A stretch of 64,000 nt of DNA from Candidatus Saccharimonadales bacterium. Its GTDB lineage: Bacteria > Patescibacteriota > Saccharimonadia > Saccharimonadales > UBA4665. Position numbers and translations under genes: made by a program. The notes below the pieces were generated by a model, which saw only the letters and a list, made by a program, of their open reading frames with translations, made no database searches and was not told where the DNA came from. Positions 7,708-15,718 of this stretch are shown here, in pieces (the first letter of the stretch is position 1; each line of letters opens with the position of its first letter). The stretch is from positions 6,143 through 70,142 of the forward strand of contig DASZYT010000001.1 in assembly GCA_035545275.1 (NCBI GenBank). The letters are read 5' to 3'.

Positions 7708-7785
7708 ATGAGACAAACCTGGCGGTTTTTCTCATCGCGCCGGACGGCGAAATGAATTCGCCGACTCGGGCTGCTCTTTTCCCTC
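7708..7785. repeat. copy 1 of a ~78-nt two-hairpin intergenic repeat family (lies in the tRNA-Lys 5' leader)
   Basis: ATGAGACAAACCTGGCGGTTTTTCTCAT CGCGCCGGAC GGCGAAATGAATTCGCC GACTCGGGCTGCTCTTTTCCCTC. Near-identical modules occur at 30909-30982 (inverted), 56909-56984, and partially at 54633-54673. Confidence 0.6.
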
Positions 7786-7812
7786 GGCCGAGAAAAGCGC
7801 ACAACGGGGAAT

Positions 7813-7841
7813 ACTTTAGCAAAATACCCCTGTTTTTGCAA
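7813..7841 (-). promoter_or_regulatory. candidate promoter for the tRNA-Lys transcript
   Basis: On the minus strand: TTGCAA (7841-7836), 17-nt spacer, TAAAGT (7818-7813). This implies a ~110-nt leader that contains repeat copy 1. Confidence 0.4.
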
Positions 7842-8088
7842 GGGGTTGAGGCCAAACTTGGCTCTAGCTAACTTTTTTAAAGAACCGGCGTTTGCGCTTA
7901 ATGAATACCCCATTTAGCATATCGCTGCTAAAGCCGGGTGGTACCTTGTGGGTTGCGGCGTAATAGTAGAGGAGCCGTCCTATCCATCGGCCAGTTCATC
8001 TTCGACGCCCTCTGTCCCCACCGACAAGTCGCCCACAGACTAACCGTCACTATCTGCTCGTTGATCCACTGTTTGGTACAATGTTGAG

Positions 8089-8901
8089 GTGAAATTACTG
8101 AACGGCAAAGAGCTTGCTGGTTATATCAAAGAACGCCAGGCGCACGAAGTGCGTGCCTTGCGCCAGGCGCAGCACGTCTTTCCGAAGCTAGCCATCGTGC
8201 AGGCCAAAGACGACCCGGTCATCAATACGTACGTGCGCCTCAAGAAGCAGTATGGCGCCGATATCCTGATAGATGTCGATATCCACCGGGTAGAACAAGC
8301 TGACATACCGGCACTGCTAGAAAAACTTAACGCCGATGACTCGGTGCATGGCATCATTGTGCAGCTGCCATTGACAGACCCTGCGCAAACCGACGAGATT
8401 GTGAATCTCGTTACGCCTGATAAAGATGTGGACGCGCTTGGTAAGGAAGCTCAGTTCGACCCCGCCACGCCGATGGCTATCATGTGGTTGCTGTCCGGAT
8501 ACAACGTAGACTTGCAGGGTAAACACGTGCTACTGATTGGACGGGGCAAGCTGGTGGGCGCACCGCTTGAGAAAATCTTCCAAAGTTCTGGCATTGATGT
8601 GCACGTAGCCGACCGCAAGACAGCTGACCTTAAAGAAGAGACGTTAGCTGCCGACATCATTATCACCGCCACAGGCAGGCCTGCTATCTTATACTCCGAC
8701 ATGGTCAAACAACGCGCCGTGGTGGTGGATGCCGGTGTGGCCAGCGAAGACGGCAAGACCGTCGGCGACTTAGCGCCAGAAGTATATGAGCGCGACGACC
8801 TCACCATCACGCCACAAAAGGGCGGGGTAGGGCCGCTGACCGTCTGTGCCCTGTTTGAGAACGTCATCCGCGCAGCGCGGCGTACGACCGGCCATGAGTA
8901 A
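8089..8901 (+). CDS. folD: bifunctional methylenetetrahydrofolate dehydrogenase / methenyl-THF cyclohydrolase
   Basis: GTG start. MKLLNGKELAGYIKERQ..., VHGIIVQLPL, LLIGRGKLVGAPL, GGVGPLTV; typical FolD length (270 aa). Confidence 0.9.
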   Translation: MKLLNGKELAGYIKERQAHEVRALRQAQHVFPKLAIVQAKDDPVINTYVRLKKQYGADILIDVDIHRVEQADIPALLEKLNADDSVHGIIVQLPLTDPAQTDEIVNLVTPDKDVDALGKEAQFDPATPMAIMWLLSGYNVDLQGKHVLLIGRGKLVGAPLEKIFQSSGIDVHVADRKTADLKEETLAADIIITATGRPAILYSDMVKQRAVVVDAGVASEDGKTVGDLAPEVYERDDLTITPQKGGVGPLTVCALFENVIRAARRTTGHE

Positions 8902-9466
8902 TCCCGATAGATATCGTGAGGCTATCAACCGGACTTCCGTGTGGGAGCATGACCACACCATATTGAATAGCGGGCTGCACAGCTACGACAAAGCACACAT
9001 GGAGCGGCTGGCTGGGTATTTTAACGAATACGCACTGGTCATGAGCGGCGTCAAAGATGTCTTGCGCGAACGTCGAGCCCGTGTAGTAGTAGGTATGCCG
9101 AACGGCATGCCCGACCTTTTACGCCCCATGGTTTACCGGCCGGACTTCCTAACCGTCCAGGCTACAAAGGTCGCGTCACGCAAGTTCGACGTCATGTATA
9201 CCGATGTGCCGGTGGTGCGCAGCGCAGAAACGATATGCGTGATTGAAGATGTAGTTACCACCGGCGGTACGCCGGCCGCCATGGCAGATACGCTGCTCGC
9301 AATCAATCCTGATATAGAACTACACTTGCTGACAATATTGCAGCGGGGCGAGCTTGATCCTGCACATCTTGCACGGTTTGCGTCCTTTACTGCCCTTGCT
9401 GTTGACTTGCGCCCTGCCTGGGACAAGCAAGATTGTCCGAATGAGGAGTGCAGGGAGGCAGCATGA
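8894..9466 (+). CDS. type I phosphoribosyltransferase (PyrE-like)
   Basis: PRPP-binding motif ICVIEDVVTTGGT. The ATG at 8894 overlaps the folD stop (ATGAGTAA). Substrate is not determinable from sequence alone. Confidence 0.65.
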   Translation: MSNPDRYREAINRTSVWEHDHTILNSGLHSYDKAHMERLAGYFNEYALVMSGVKDVLRERRARVVVGMPNGMPDLLRPMVYRPDFLTVQATKVASRKFDVMYTDVPVVRSAETICVIEDVVTTGGTPAAMADTLLAINPDIELHLLTILQRGELDPAHLARFASFTALAVDLRPAWDKQDCPNEECREAA

Positions 9467-10110
9467 AAATAGGCGTCTTTGATTCGGGTATCGGCGGCCT
9501 CAGTGTGGCCCGGGCCATCGAAAAAGCCCTCCCAGAGCATGAAATGATATTCGTAAACGACGCCGAGCACGTGCCCTATGGCTCCAAAAAACCGGACGAG
9601 ATCCTCGGCTACGTGGTGCCTATTTTACAGAAGTTAGTAGACGGTGGTTGCCAGGTAATCGTGATTGCCTGCAACACGGTTACGACCACACTTATCACGG
9701 AACTACGCGCACACATATCGGTGCCGCTCGTGGCCGTCGAGCCCATGGTAAAGCCCGCCGCCGAACAGACTAGGACCGGGGTGATTGCTGTTTGCGCCAC
9801 GCCCGCCACGCTCGCCAGCCAGCGCTACGGCCAGCTCAAAGCAGAGTATGCGAAAGACATCACAGTCGTTGAGCCGGACTGCGGTGATTGGGCATTCATG
9901 ATTGAGCACCAACAAGTTGACGAACGAGCAATACAAGCGCGCATCCAGGAAGTGCTCGACAAACGTGCCGACGTCATTGTGCTGGCTTGCACCCACTACC
10001 ACTGGATTGAAGAACTTATCAAGCGCCTTGCGAAAGATAGGGCTGATATCATTCAGCCAGAGCAAGCCCTCATCCGCCAACTCAAGCGAGTTTTGACACA
10101 GCTAGCTTGA
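9463..10110 (+). CDS. murI: glutamate racemase
   Basis: MKIGVFDSGIGGLSV, IACNT (Cys1), LACTHY (Cys2). ATGA overlap with the upstream stop. Confidence 0.9.
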   Translation: MKIGVFDSGIGGLSVARAIEKALPEHEMIFVNDAEHVPYGSKKPDEILGYVVPILQKLVDGGCQVIVIACNTVTTTLITELRAHISVPLVAVEPMVKPAAEQTRTGVIAVCATPATLASQRYGQLKAEYAKDITVVEPDCGDWAFMIEHQQVDERAIQARIQEVLDKRADVIVLACTHYHWIEELIKRLAKDRADIIQPEQALIRQLKRVLTQLA

Positions 10111-11383
10111 ACTGGTTGCCGCGGTCCTTGTAGTTTTTGAACATGTCAAAGCTGGCGCACGCAGTCGATAGCAGAACGACATCACCGGGCTGGGCAGCCT
10201 CTTTGGCTTGGTTGACGATTCCCGCCATGGTTTTGGCGCCCTCGACGATATTTGTAAAATGAGCACTGCGAAGTGTATCGGCGATGACCGGCCCACGCTC
10301 ACCGATGGTGATAACGGCGCGCACGTTACTCTGGGCTATGGTTTGAGCAAGCTCATCAAACGAGGCGCCCTTGTCGGAGCCGCCCAAAATCACTACCTTC
10401 GGTTCCTCGAACGCCTGGATGGCAACCATGGCCGTTTCGGGCGTGGTGCCGAAGCTGTCGTCATAATATTTCACCCCGCCAACTTCCCGCACGAACTCCA
10501 GCCGGTGCTCCAGCCCACTGAAGCTTGTGAGCACCGAGCGGATGGCCGGAACATCTTGGGTTACCTGCCAAACTGCGGTGACGGCAGCACACACATTCTG
10601 CCAGTTGTGTTGCCCCAACAGTTTGAGCTCACCGGTGGCGCAGATTATCTGCCCATCCATTACGATATCGGCGCCTTCCATGTGCGCGCCAGGCGCTTCA
10701 TAGTAGGGGATTTTGCGCCCCTGGCCGGCGCTGGCAATCTGTGTGGAGTATTCATTTCGGCTGAAATACACCGCGATCTCATCGGCGGATTGCCAGTGAA
10801 ACAGCTGCTCCTTGGCAGTAAAATATTCGGCCACACTGCCGTGCCAGTCCAGATGTTCTGGCGCTATCATCAGGCACACGCCAATATGCGGGGAGGTTTT
10901 GAGGTCGATAAGCTGGACATTGGCGAGCTCCAGCACGACCCAATCCTCAGACTTGATGCCGTTTTTTAGTAGCTCTAACGCTGGGATGCCGATATTGCCG
11001 CCCAAGTGCACGCGCTTGCCGGCTGCTTCCAGCATCTTTGCTACCAGCGTGCTAGTGGTGCCTTTGCCCTTGGTGCCGGTGACGCCGATGATGTTTTTGG
11101 TGGGGCAGACGCGGAAGAATTCGTTGGTGCCCGAGGTAACCTTGGCCAGGATATCCGGCGAGTTTGCTTTGACAATCTTCAGCGGATGCAGGCCAGGGGT
11201 GCGTACCAGCACATCGAACCGGTCCAGATTGTCCAGATAGTGCTCACCCAGCTGAGAGGCTACGCCCTCCGGTACGGCCAGATCGGCCTTTTGGTCGCAG
11301 ATGGTCAGCTCATCGCCGCGGGCCTTGAAATACTCGAACGAAGCCCGGCCCTCTACGTCAAAACCAAGCAGCGCGACCTTCAT
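10082..11383 (-). CDS. murD: UDP-N-acetylmuramoyl-L-alanine--D-glutamate ligase
   Basis: IGVTGTKGKGTTSTL P-loop and Mur ligase middle/C-terminal domains; 433 aa. Its 3' end overlaps the murI 3' end by 29 nt (convergent). Confidence 0.9.
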   Translation of the reverse strand: MKVALLGFDVEGRASFEYFKARGDELTICDQKADLAVPEGVASQLGEHYLDNLDRFDVLVRTPGLHPLKIVKANSPDILAKVTSGTNEFFRVCPTKNIIGVTGTKGKGTTSTLVAKMLEAAGKRVHLGGNIGIPALELLKNGIKSEDWVVLELANVQLIDLKTSPHIGVCLMIAPEHLDWHGSVAEYFTAKEQLFHWQSADEIAVYFSRNEYSTQIASAGQGRKIPYYEAPGAHMEGADIVMDGQIICATGELKLLGQHNWQNVCAAVTAVWQVTQDVPAIRSVLTSFSGLEHRLEFVREVGGVKYYDDSFGTTPETAMVAIQAFEEPKVVILGGSDKGASFDELAQTIAQSNVRAVITIGERGPVIADTLRSAHFTNIVEGAKTMAGIVNQAKEAAQPGDVVLLSTACASFDMFKNYKDRGNQFKLAVSKLA

Positions 11384-11388
11384 GATGG

Positions 11389-11772
11389 CTAATCTTTCAG
11401 TTTCTTTTGTACCAGTTCGGCCACCTGCCGCGGGGTCATGTCGGCTTTCAAAATGACAGCACTCACACCCAGCGTCTTTACCTGGGGCGGGATTTCCTGC
11501 TCGCCCTTGTTGGTCAATATCACTACCTTGATATCTTTGCCCCAGGTGGTCTTGCGCAGCTCAGCCAGCATTTCATCGCCGTTCATCTCGGGCATCATCA
11601 GGTCCAATAGAATGATGTCGGGCTTCATATTTTTGCACAGTTCCAGCCCAAGCTTGCCATTTTCGGCGGTCTCAACAGTAAAACCTTCCGCCTCAAACTT
11701 GAAGCGGTACATTTGGCTAATAGCCGGATCATCCTCAATAATCGCAATCTTGTACGCAGCCATATTACTCAC
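11389..11772 (-). CDS. stand-alone response-regulator receiver (CheY-like)
   Basis: IIEDDP acidic pair, phospho-acceptor context ILLDLMMP, LTN(K) and conserved K. 127 aa, no output domain. Confidence 0.85.
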   Translation of the reverse strand: MSNMAAYKIAIIEDDPAISQMYRFKFEAEGFTVETAENGKLGLELCKNMKPDIILLDLMMPEMNGDEMLAELRKTTWGKDIKVVILTNKGEQEIPPQVKTLGVSAVILKADMTPRQVAELVQKKLKD

Positions 11773-11787
11773 ATTCTAGCACAGGCG

Positions 11788-12909
11788 TTATAAGAGATCC
11801 TTGGCCAAAGTCTCCAGTATAGCCAAGCCGCGTTCTAACGTATGTGGGTCCGTGCCATACGACAGGCGAATATAGCCATGCAGCTGTGAGAATGCCCGGC
11901 CGGCTACCACGATCAGCCCATGTTCAGTCGCGCGATCTACAAACTCCGTATCTGTTAGGTCGTGGGGAGCTTTGACGAAAGCATAATACGCGCCTTGGGC
12001 GCCCTGAACCGAATAGCCAGCCTTGCTAAGCCGCTCCACCACCATGTCGCGTTTGCGCCGGTATTTGTCGATGATGTGCACGGGGCGGGAGCGCAGTGCT
12101 GCGATTGCGGCGTGTTGAGCAATAGATGAGCTGGACATTACCACGTATTGCTGCAATTCGTTGATGGCATCGATAATCTCTTGCGGGCCGGCAATGTAGC
12201 CCAGCCTCCAGCCGGTCATGGCGTGTTCTTTGGAAAACCCATTCATCGTGATGGTGTTTGGATACACGCTGCCGATGCTGAAATGTTTGCCGTCGTACAC
12301 AAAGTGCTCATAGATTTCATCTGAGATCACCAACAAATTGTGCTTCTCGGCAATTGCGGCAATGGCCTGCAGGGTAGACTCTGGGTAAACGGCGCCGCTG
12401 GGATTGTTGGGAGAGTTGATAACCACCAGCTTGGTTTTATCAGTGATGGCCGCCTCCATAGCAGCCAAGTCAGGCTGGAAGGTGGGCAGTGTAGAAACGT
12501 ACACCACACGAGCACCAGTCATGCTTGCCAGGTGAGGGTAGGGCGGGTAGTAGGGATCAAACACAATTACTTCATCGCCAGGGTCCAGTACGGCCAAATA
12601 GACCAGCAACTGGCCCGTAGTAAGCCCAGGCACGACAGTTATAGCTTCCGGCGCACATAGAATGTGGTTTTCATCCCGCAGCTTGGTAGCCAGCAGCTCC
12701 CTCAAGCGCGGTAGCCCATTGGAGGGGGTGTAGGTGGTTTTATTCTCTAAAATGGCGCGAATACCGGCCGCTTTGACGTGTTCGGCGGTAAATTCCTCAG
12801 GTACCCCGATACTAAGGTCTACCGGGTCTACCAGGCTGGCCTGCTTTTTGATGGCTTCGCGGAAGTCGCTGCTATCGAAGTAACCGACTCTTTGGGCTAT
12901 AAATGACAT
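11788..12909 (-). CDS. class I/II pyridoxal-phosphate aminotransferase (aspartate/aromatic type)
   Basis: NSPNNPSGAVY and the PLP-lysine motif FSKEHAMTGWRLGY; 373 aa. Confidence 0.85.
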   Translation of the reverse strand: MSFIAQRVGYFDSSDFREAIKKQASLVDPVDLSIGVPEEFTAEHVKAAGIRAILENKTTYTPSNGLPRLRELLATKLRDENHILCAPEAITVVPGLTTGQLLVYLAVLDPGDEVIVFDPYYPPYPHLASMTGARVVYVSTLPTFQPDLAAMEAAITDKTKLVVINSPNNPSGAVYPESTLQAIAAIAEKHNLLVISDEIYEHFVYDGKHFSIGSVYPNTITMNGFSKEHAMTGWRLGYIAGPQEIIDAINELQQYVVMSSSSIAQHAAIAALRSRPVHIIDKYRRKRDMVVERLSKAGYSVQGAQGAYYAFVKAPHDLTDTEFVDRATEHGLIVVAGRAFSQLHGYIRLSYGTDPHTLERGLAILETLAKDLL

Positions 12910-13025
12910 ATTTTATTTTTACTTTGCCACCCTAGTATACTGTTTGATAGGCATAAGCACAATGCAGGATAGGGCAGCAGCATGCTACAATCTATATAAC
13001 AGGTAAGACCAAAAGAAACATACGT

Positions 13026-14546
13026 ATGAGCTATTTGTTGCTTCCTAAGGGCTATCGTAATGCCGAGCTACTCCACCGGCGGCTTCAGCAAGACAGTGAA
13101 GAGAAGTGGCTGCGCAAAGGGGCCGGTCGCGCTTTGCAGCAATTCCACGCCATGGCTTCCCGTGTGCCAGCGTATAAAGATTTCTTAAAATCCCAGAATT
13201 TTTCGCCGGCTTTTGTGCATGACATCGATGATTTCCGTTTGATCCCCACCATCGACAAAGACAACTATTTACGTAAATACCCAAAAGAAATGCTGTGTTG
13301 GGATGGTGAATTCTCGCATGGGCAATGGGTGATATCTACCACTTCCGGCTCTACCGGCCAGCCGTATTATTTCCCGAGGGAACACTCTCAAGATTGGCAA
13401 TATGCCATCATTGCCGAGCTTTACTTGAGGGCAAATTTTAAAATCCACCAAAAAAGCACGCTGTACATCGTGGCATTTCCCATGGGGGCATGGATTGGCG
13501 GCTTATTTACATACGAAGCCCTCAAGATCGTGGCAGAGCATGGCGGCTACGACCTCAGCATTATTACGCCCGGCATCCACAAACAGGAGGTCATCAATGC
13601 CTTCAAGCAGCTGGCAGGCAACTTTGACCAAGTTATCATCGGTGCGTATGCGCCGTTTTTGAAAGATATTCTCGATGACGGTATCCGTGAGGGAGTGGAG
13701 TGGGACAAGCATGAGGTAGGGTTTGTCTTCTCGGCCGAGGGGTTCACCGAAAAATTCCGCGATTACGTCTTGCGTACCGTAGGTGCCAGCAATCCCTTCA
13801 CTCCCACGCTTAATCATTTCGGTACCGTAGACCTCGGTACGATGGCCCACGAAACCCCCGAGTCTATCCTGATAAGGCGAATGCTTGTGGCCGAAGATAA
13901 AATGGAAGCGCTCTTCCCAGAGGTTCATCGTCAGCCCACTTTCGCGCAATATAACCCCGAACTCTTCTATTTTCAGGCCGAAGATGGCAACTTGCTTTGT
14001 ACGGCCTACAGCGGGTTACCGTTGGTACGCTATAACCTCAAAGACTATGGTGGCATAATGACCCGTTCCGAGGTGCACAGGCGCCTCAAAGAACAGGGGA
14101 TGGATGTATCTGGAGCGATCCGCAAAGCCGGCCTAGAAGATACCCAGTGGCAGCTGCCATTCGTGTACGTATATGAGCGCAATGACTTCAGTGTCAGCTA
14201 CTATGCGTTTCTCCTTTACCCCGACACGATCCGTCGCGCCCTCCAGCACGACAACCTGACCCACAGGATTACCGGTAAGTTCAGTATGTCCGTGGATTAT
14301 ACCGACGCCGGGCGTCAGCAGCTTAATATTCACGTTGAGCTTAAGCATGGTGTAGAGCCCAGCGATAAGCTGGCAGATGACATCCTAGAGTACGTCCAAG
14401 AATCGCTGGTACGCGAAAGTTCTGAGTACCGCGAGACCTACAAAACAGTCGGCCCTGAGGCCATGCCCCATATATATCTGTGGAACTACGAAGACCCGAC
14501 CTATTTTCGCGCCGGCACCAAACAAAAATGGGCAATATCTGCCTAG
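13026..14546 (+). CDS. PaaK/coenzyme-F390-synthetase-like adenylate-forming enzyme
   Basis: N-terminal ..VPAYKDFL..DIDDFRLIPTIDKDNYLRKYP.. followed by the AMP-binding loop TTSGSTGQPYYFP; 506 aa. Confidence 0.75.
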   Translation: MSYLLLPKGYRNAELLHRRLQQDSEEKWLRKGAGRALQQFHAMASRVPAYKDFLKSQNFSPAFVHDIDDFRLIPTIDKDNYLRKYPKEMLCWDGEFSHGQWVISTTSGSTGQPYYFPREHSQDWQYAIIAELYLRANFKIHQKSTLYIVAFPMGAWIGGLFTYEALKIVAEHGGYDLSIITPGIHKQEVINAFKQLAGNFDQVIIGAYAPFLKDILDDGIREGVEWDKHEVGFVFSAEGFTEKFRDYVLRTVGASNPFTPTLNHFGTVDLGTMAHETPESILIRRMLVAEDKMEALFPEVHRQPTFAQYNPELFYFQAEDGNLLCTAYSGLPLVRYNLKDYGGIMTRSEVHRRLKEQGMDVSGAIRKAGLEDTQWQLPFVYVYERNDFSVSYYAFLLYPDTIRRALQHDNLTHRITGKFSMSVDYTDAGRQQLNIHVELKHGVEPSDKLADDILEYVQESLVRESSEYRETYKTVGPEAMPHIYLWNYEDPTYFRAGTKQKWAISA

Positions 14547-14557
14547 AAAGGACATAC

Positions 14558-15718
14558 GTGGAAAAACCGATTATCTTGACAGAGGGCAATTATGGCAGCG
14601 ATGAAGTGCGTAAGCTCAAAGCCCAAAAAGTATGGCGCTTTCAGGATATATTTCAGTCGCAACTGACCGAACTGTTTGAAATACTGCACGCTGACCTCAT
14701 AGGCACCCCGGACTTTGAAGCAAAACTGAAAGATTTTATTAGTGACCGGTCTGGTGCAAACGCCGAGCTGCGTGGCAACTACGTTTATTACCCCTGGTCA
14801 GGCTTGCTGCTGCATACTATTTCCGAAGCCGATCAAAACCGGCTAAGGACTAACAGAACCAATGATCTTATAACAGCAGAAGAGCAGCTAAAACTTGGAC
14901 AGTTTTCTGCCGGAGTAGCCGGCCTATCATTCGGCAACGGCATTGCGCTTTCCCTTGTCTACAGTGGAGCGGCCAACCATATCAAGATTGCCGACCGCGA
15001 TATCTTTGAGACGACTAACTTAAACCGTGTCCGCGTGGGCTTGCCGAGTGCCAACCAGCCGAAAACCTCTGTAACGGCGCAGGAAATATATGAGATCAAC
15101 CCCTATGCCGACGTGCAGATTTTCGATCAAGGACTCACCGAGGAAAACGTAGAAGACTTCATTAACGGCAACCCGAAGCTAAATGTGGTTTTTGATGTCG
15201 TGGACAACTTTGCAATGAAAGTACGTATCCGCTTGGCTGCCAAGAAGGCGGGTGTTCCCGTGGTAATGCTGACTAGCCTAGAAGATAGCATATTAGTGGA
15301 TGTGGAGCGTTTCGATCTGGATCCGTCGGCAGAAATTTTCCATGGCCTGTTGGGCGAAGTTACCAACGACTTGCTGACCAAAGACATGACCGAGCAGGAC
15401 AAAGCACGTTATGCCATGGCAATCGTGGGGCCGGAACATGTTTCCTACCGCAATCTGCTGTCTCTCTCCGAAGTGGGCAAAAGCCTGGTCTCGCGGCCAC
15501 ATTTGTACGGCACGGTCAGCATTGTCTGCGGGCTGGCGGCGTACATCGTAAAAAGGATTGCTCTTGGAGAAGACATGCCCAGCATGCGCAAACATGTCGT
15601 TTTTAATGAGGTGCTGGGCATACTACCGAATCGCGATGATACGCCCGAGGCGCGTCAACGGATTATGTCGATTTTAATGAACGGCGGGCCCGGCAAGCCA
15701 TCTGGCGAAGGAACGTAA
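14558..15718 (+). CDS. ThiF/MoeB/E1-like adenylyltransferase-fold protein with a ~130-aa N-terminal extension
   Basis: Rossmann motif GVAGLSFGNGIALSL, IADRDIFETTNLNRV (E1 signature D.D....NLNR), DVVDNF. GTG 14558 follows AAAGGA; ATG 14528 is an alternative start. Confidence 0.7.
   Translation: MEKPIILTEGNYGSDEVRKLKAQKVWRFQDIFQSQLTELFEILHADLIGTPDFEAKLKDFISDRSGANAELRGNYVYYPWSGLLLHTISEADQNRLRTNRTNDLITAEEQLKLGQFSAGVAGLSFGNGIALSLVYSGAANHIKIADRDIFETTNLNRVRVGLPSANQPKTSVTAQEIYEINPYADVQIFDQGLTEENVEDFINGNPKLNVVFDVVDNFAMKVRIRLAAKKAGVPVVMLTSLEDSILVDVERFDLDPSAEIFHGLLGEVTNDLLTKDMTEQDKARYAMAIVGPEHVSYRNLLSLSEVGKSLVSRPHLYGTVSIVCGLAAYIVKRIALGEDMPSMRKHVVFNEVLGILPNRDDTPEARQRIMSILMNGGPGKPSGEGT

Noticed and set aside
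7329-7913. Several 64-139-aa ORFs on both strands across 7329-7913.
   Set aside because: They overlap tRNA-Lys, its terminator, the partial tRNA copy and the repeat element. None has an RBS, and the translations are Arg/Pro/Ser-rich.
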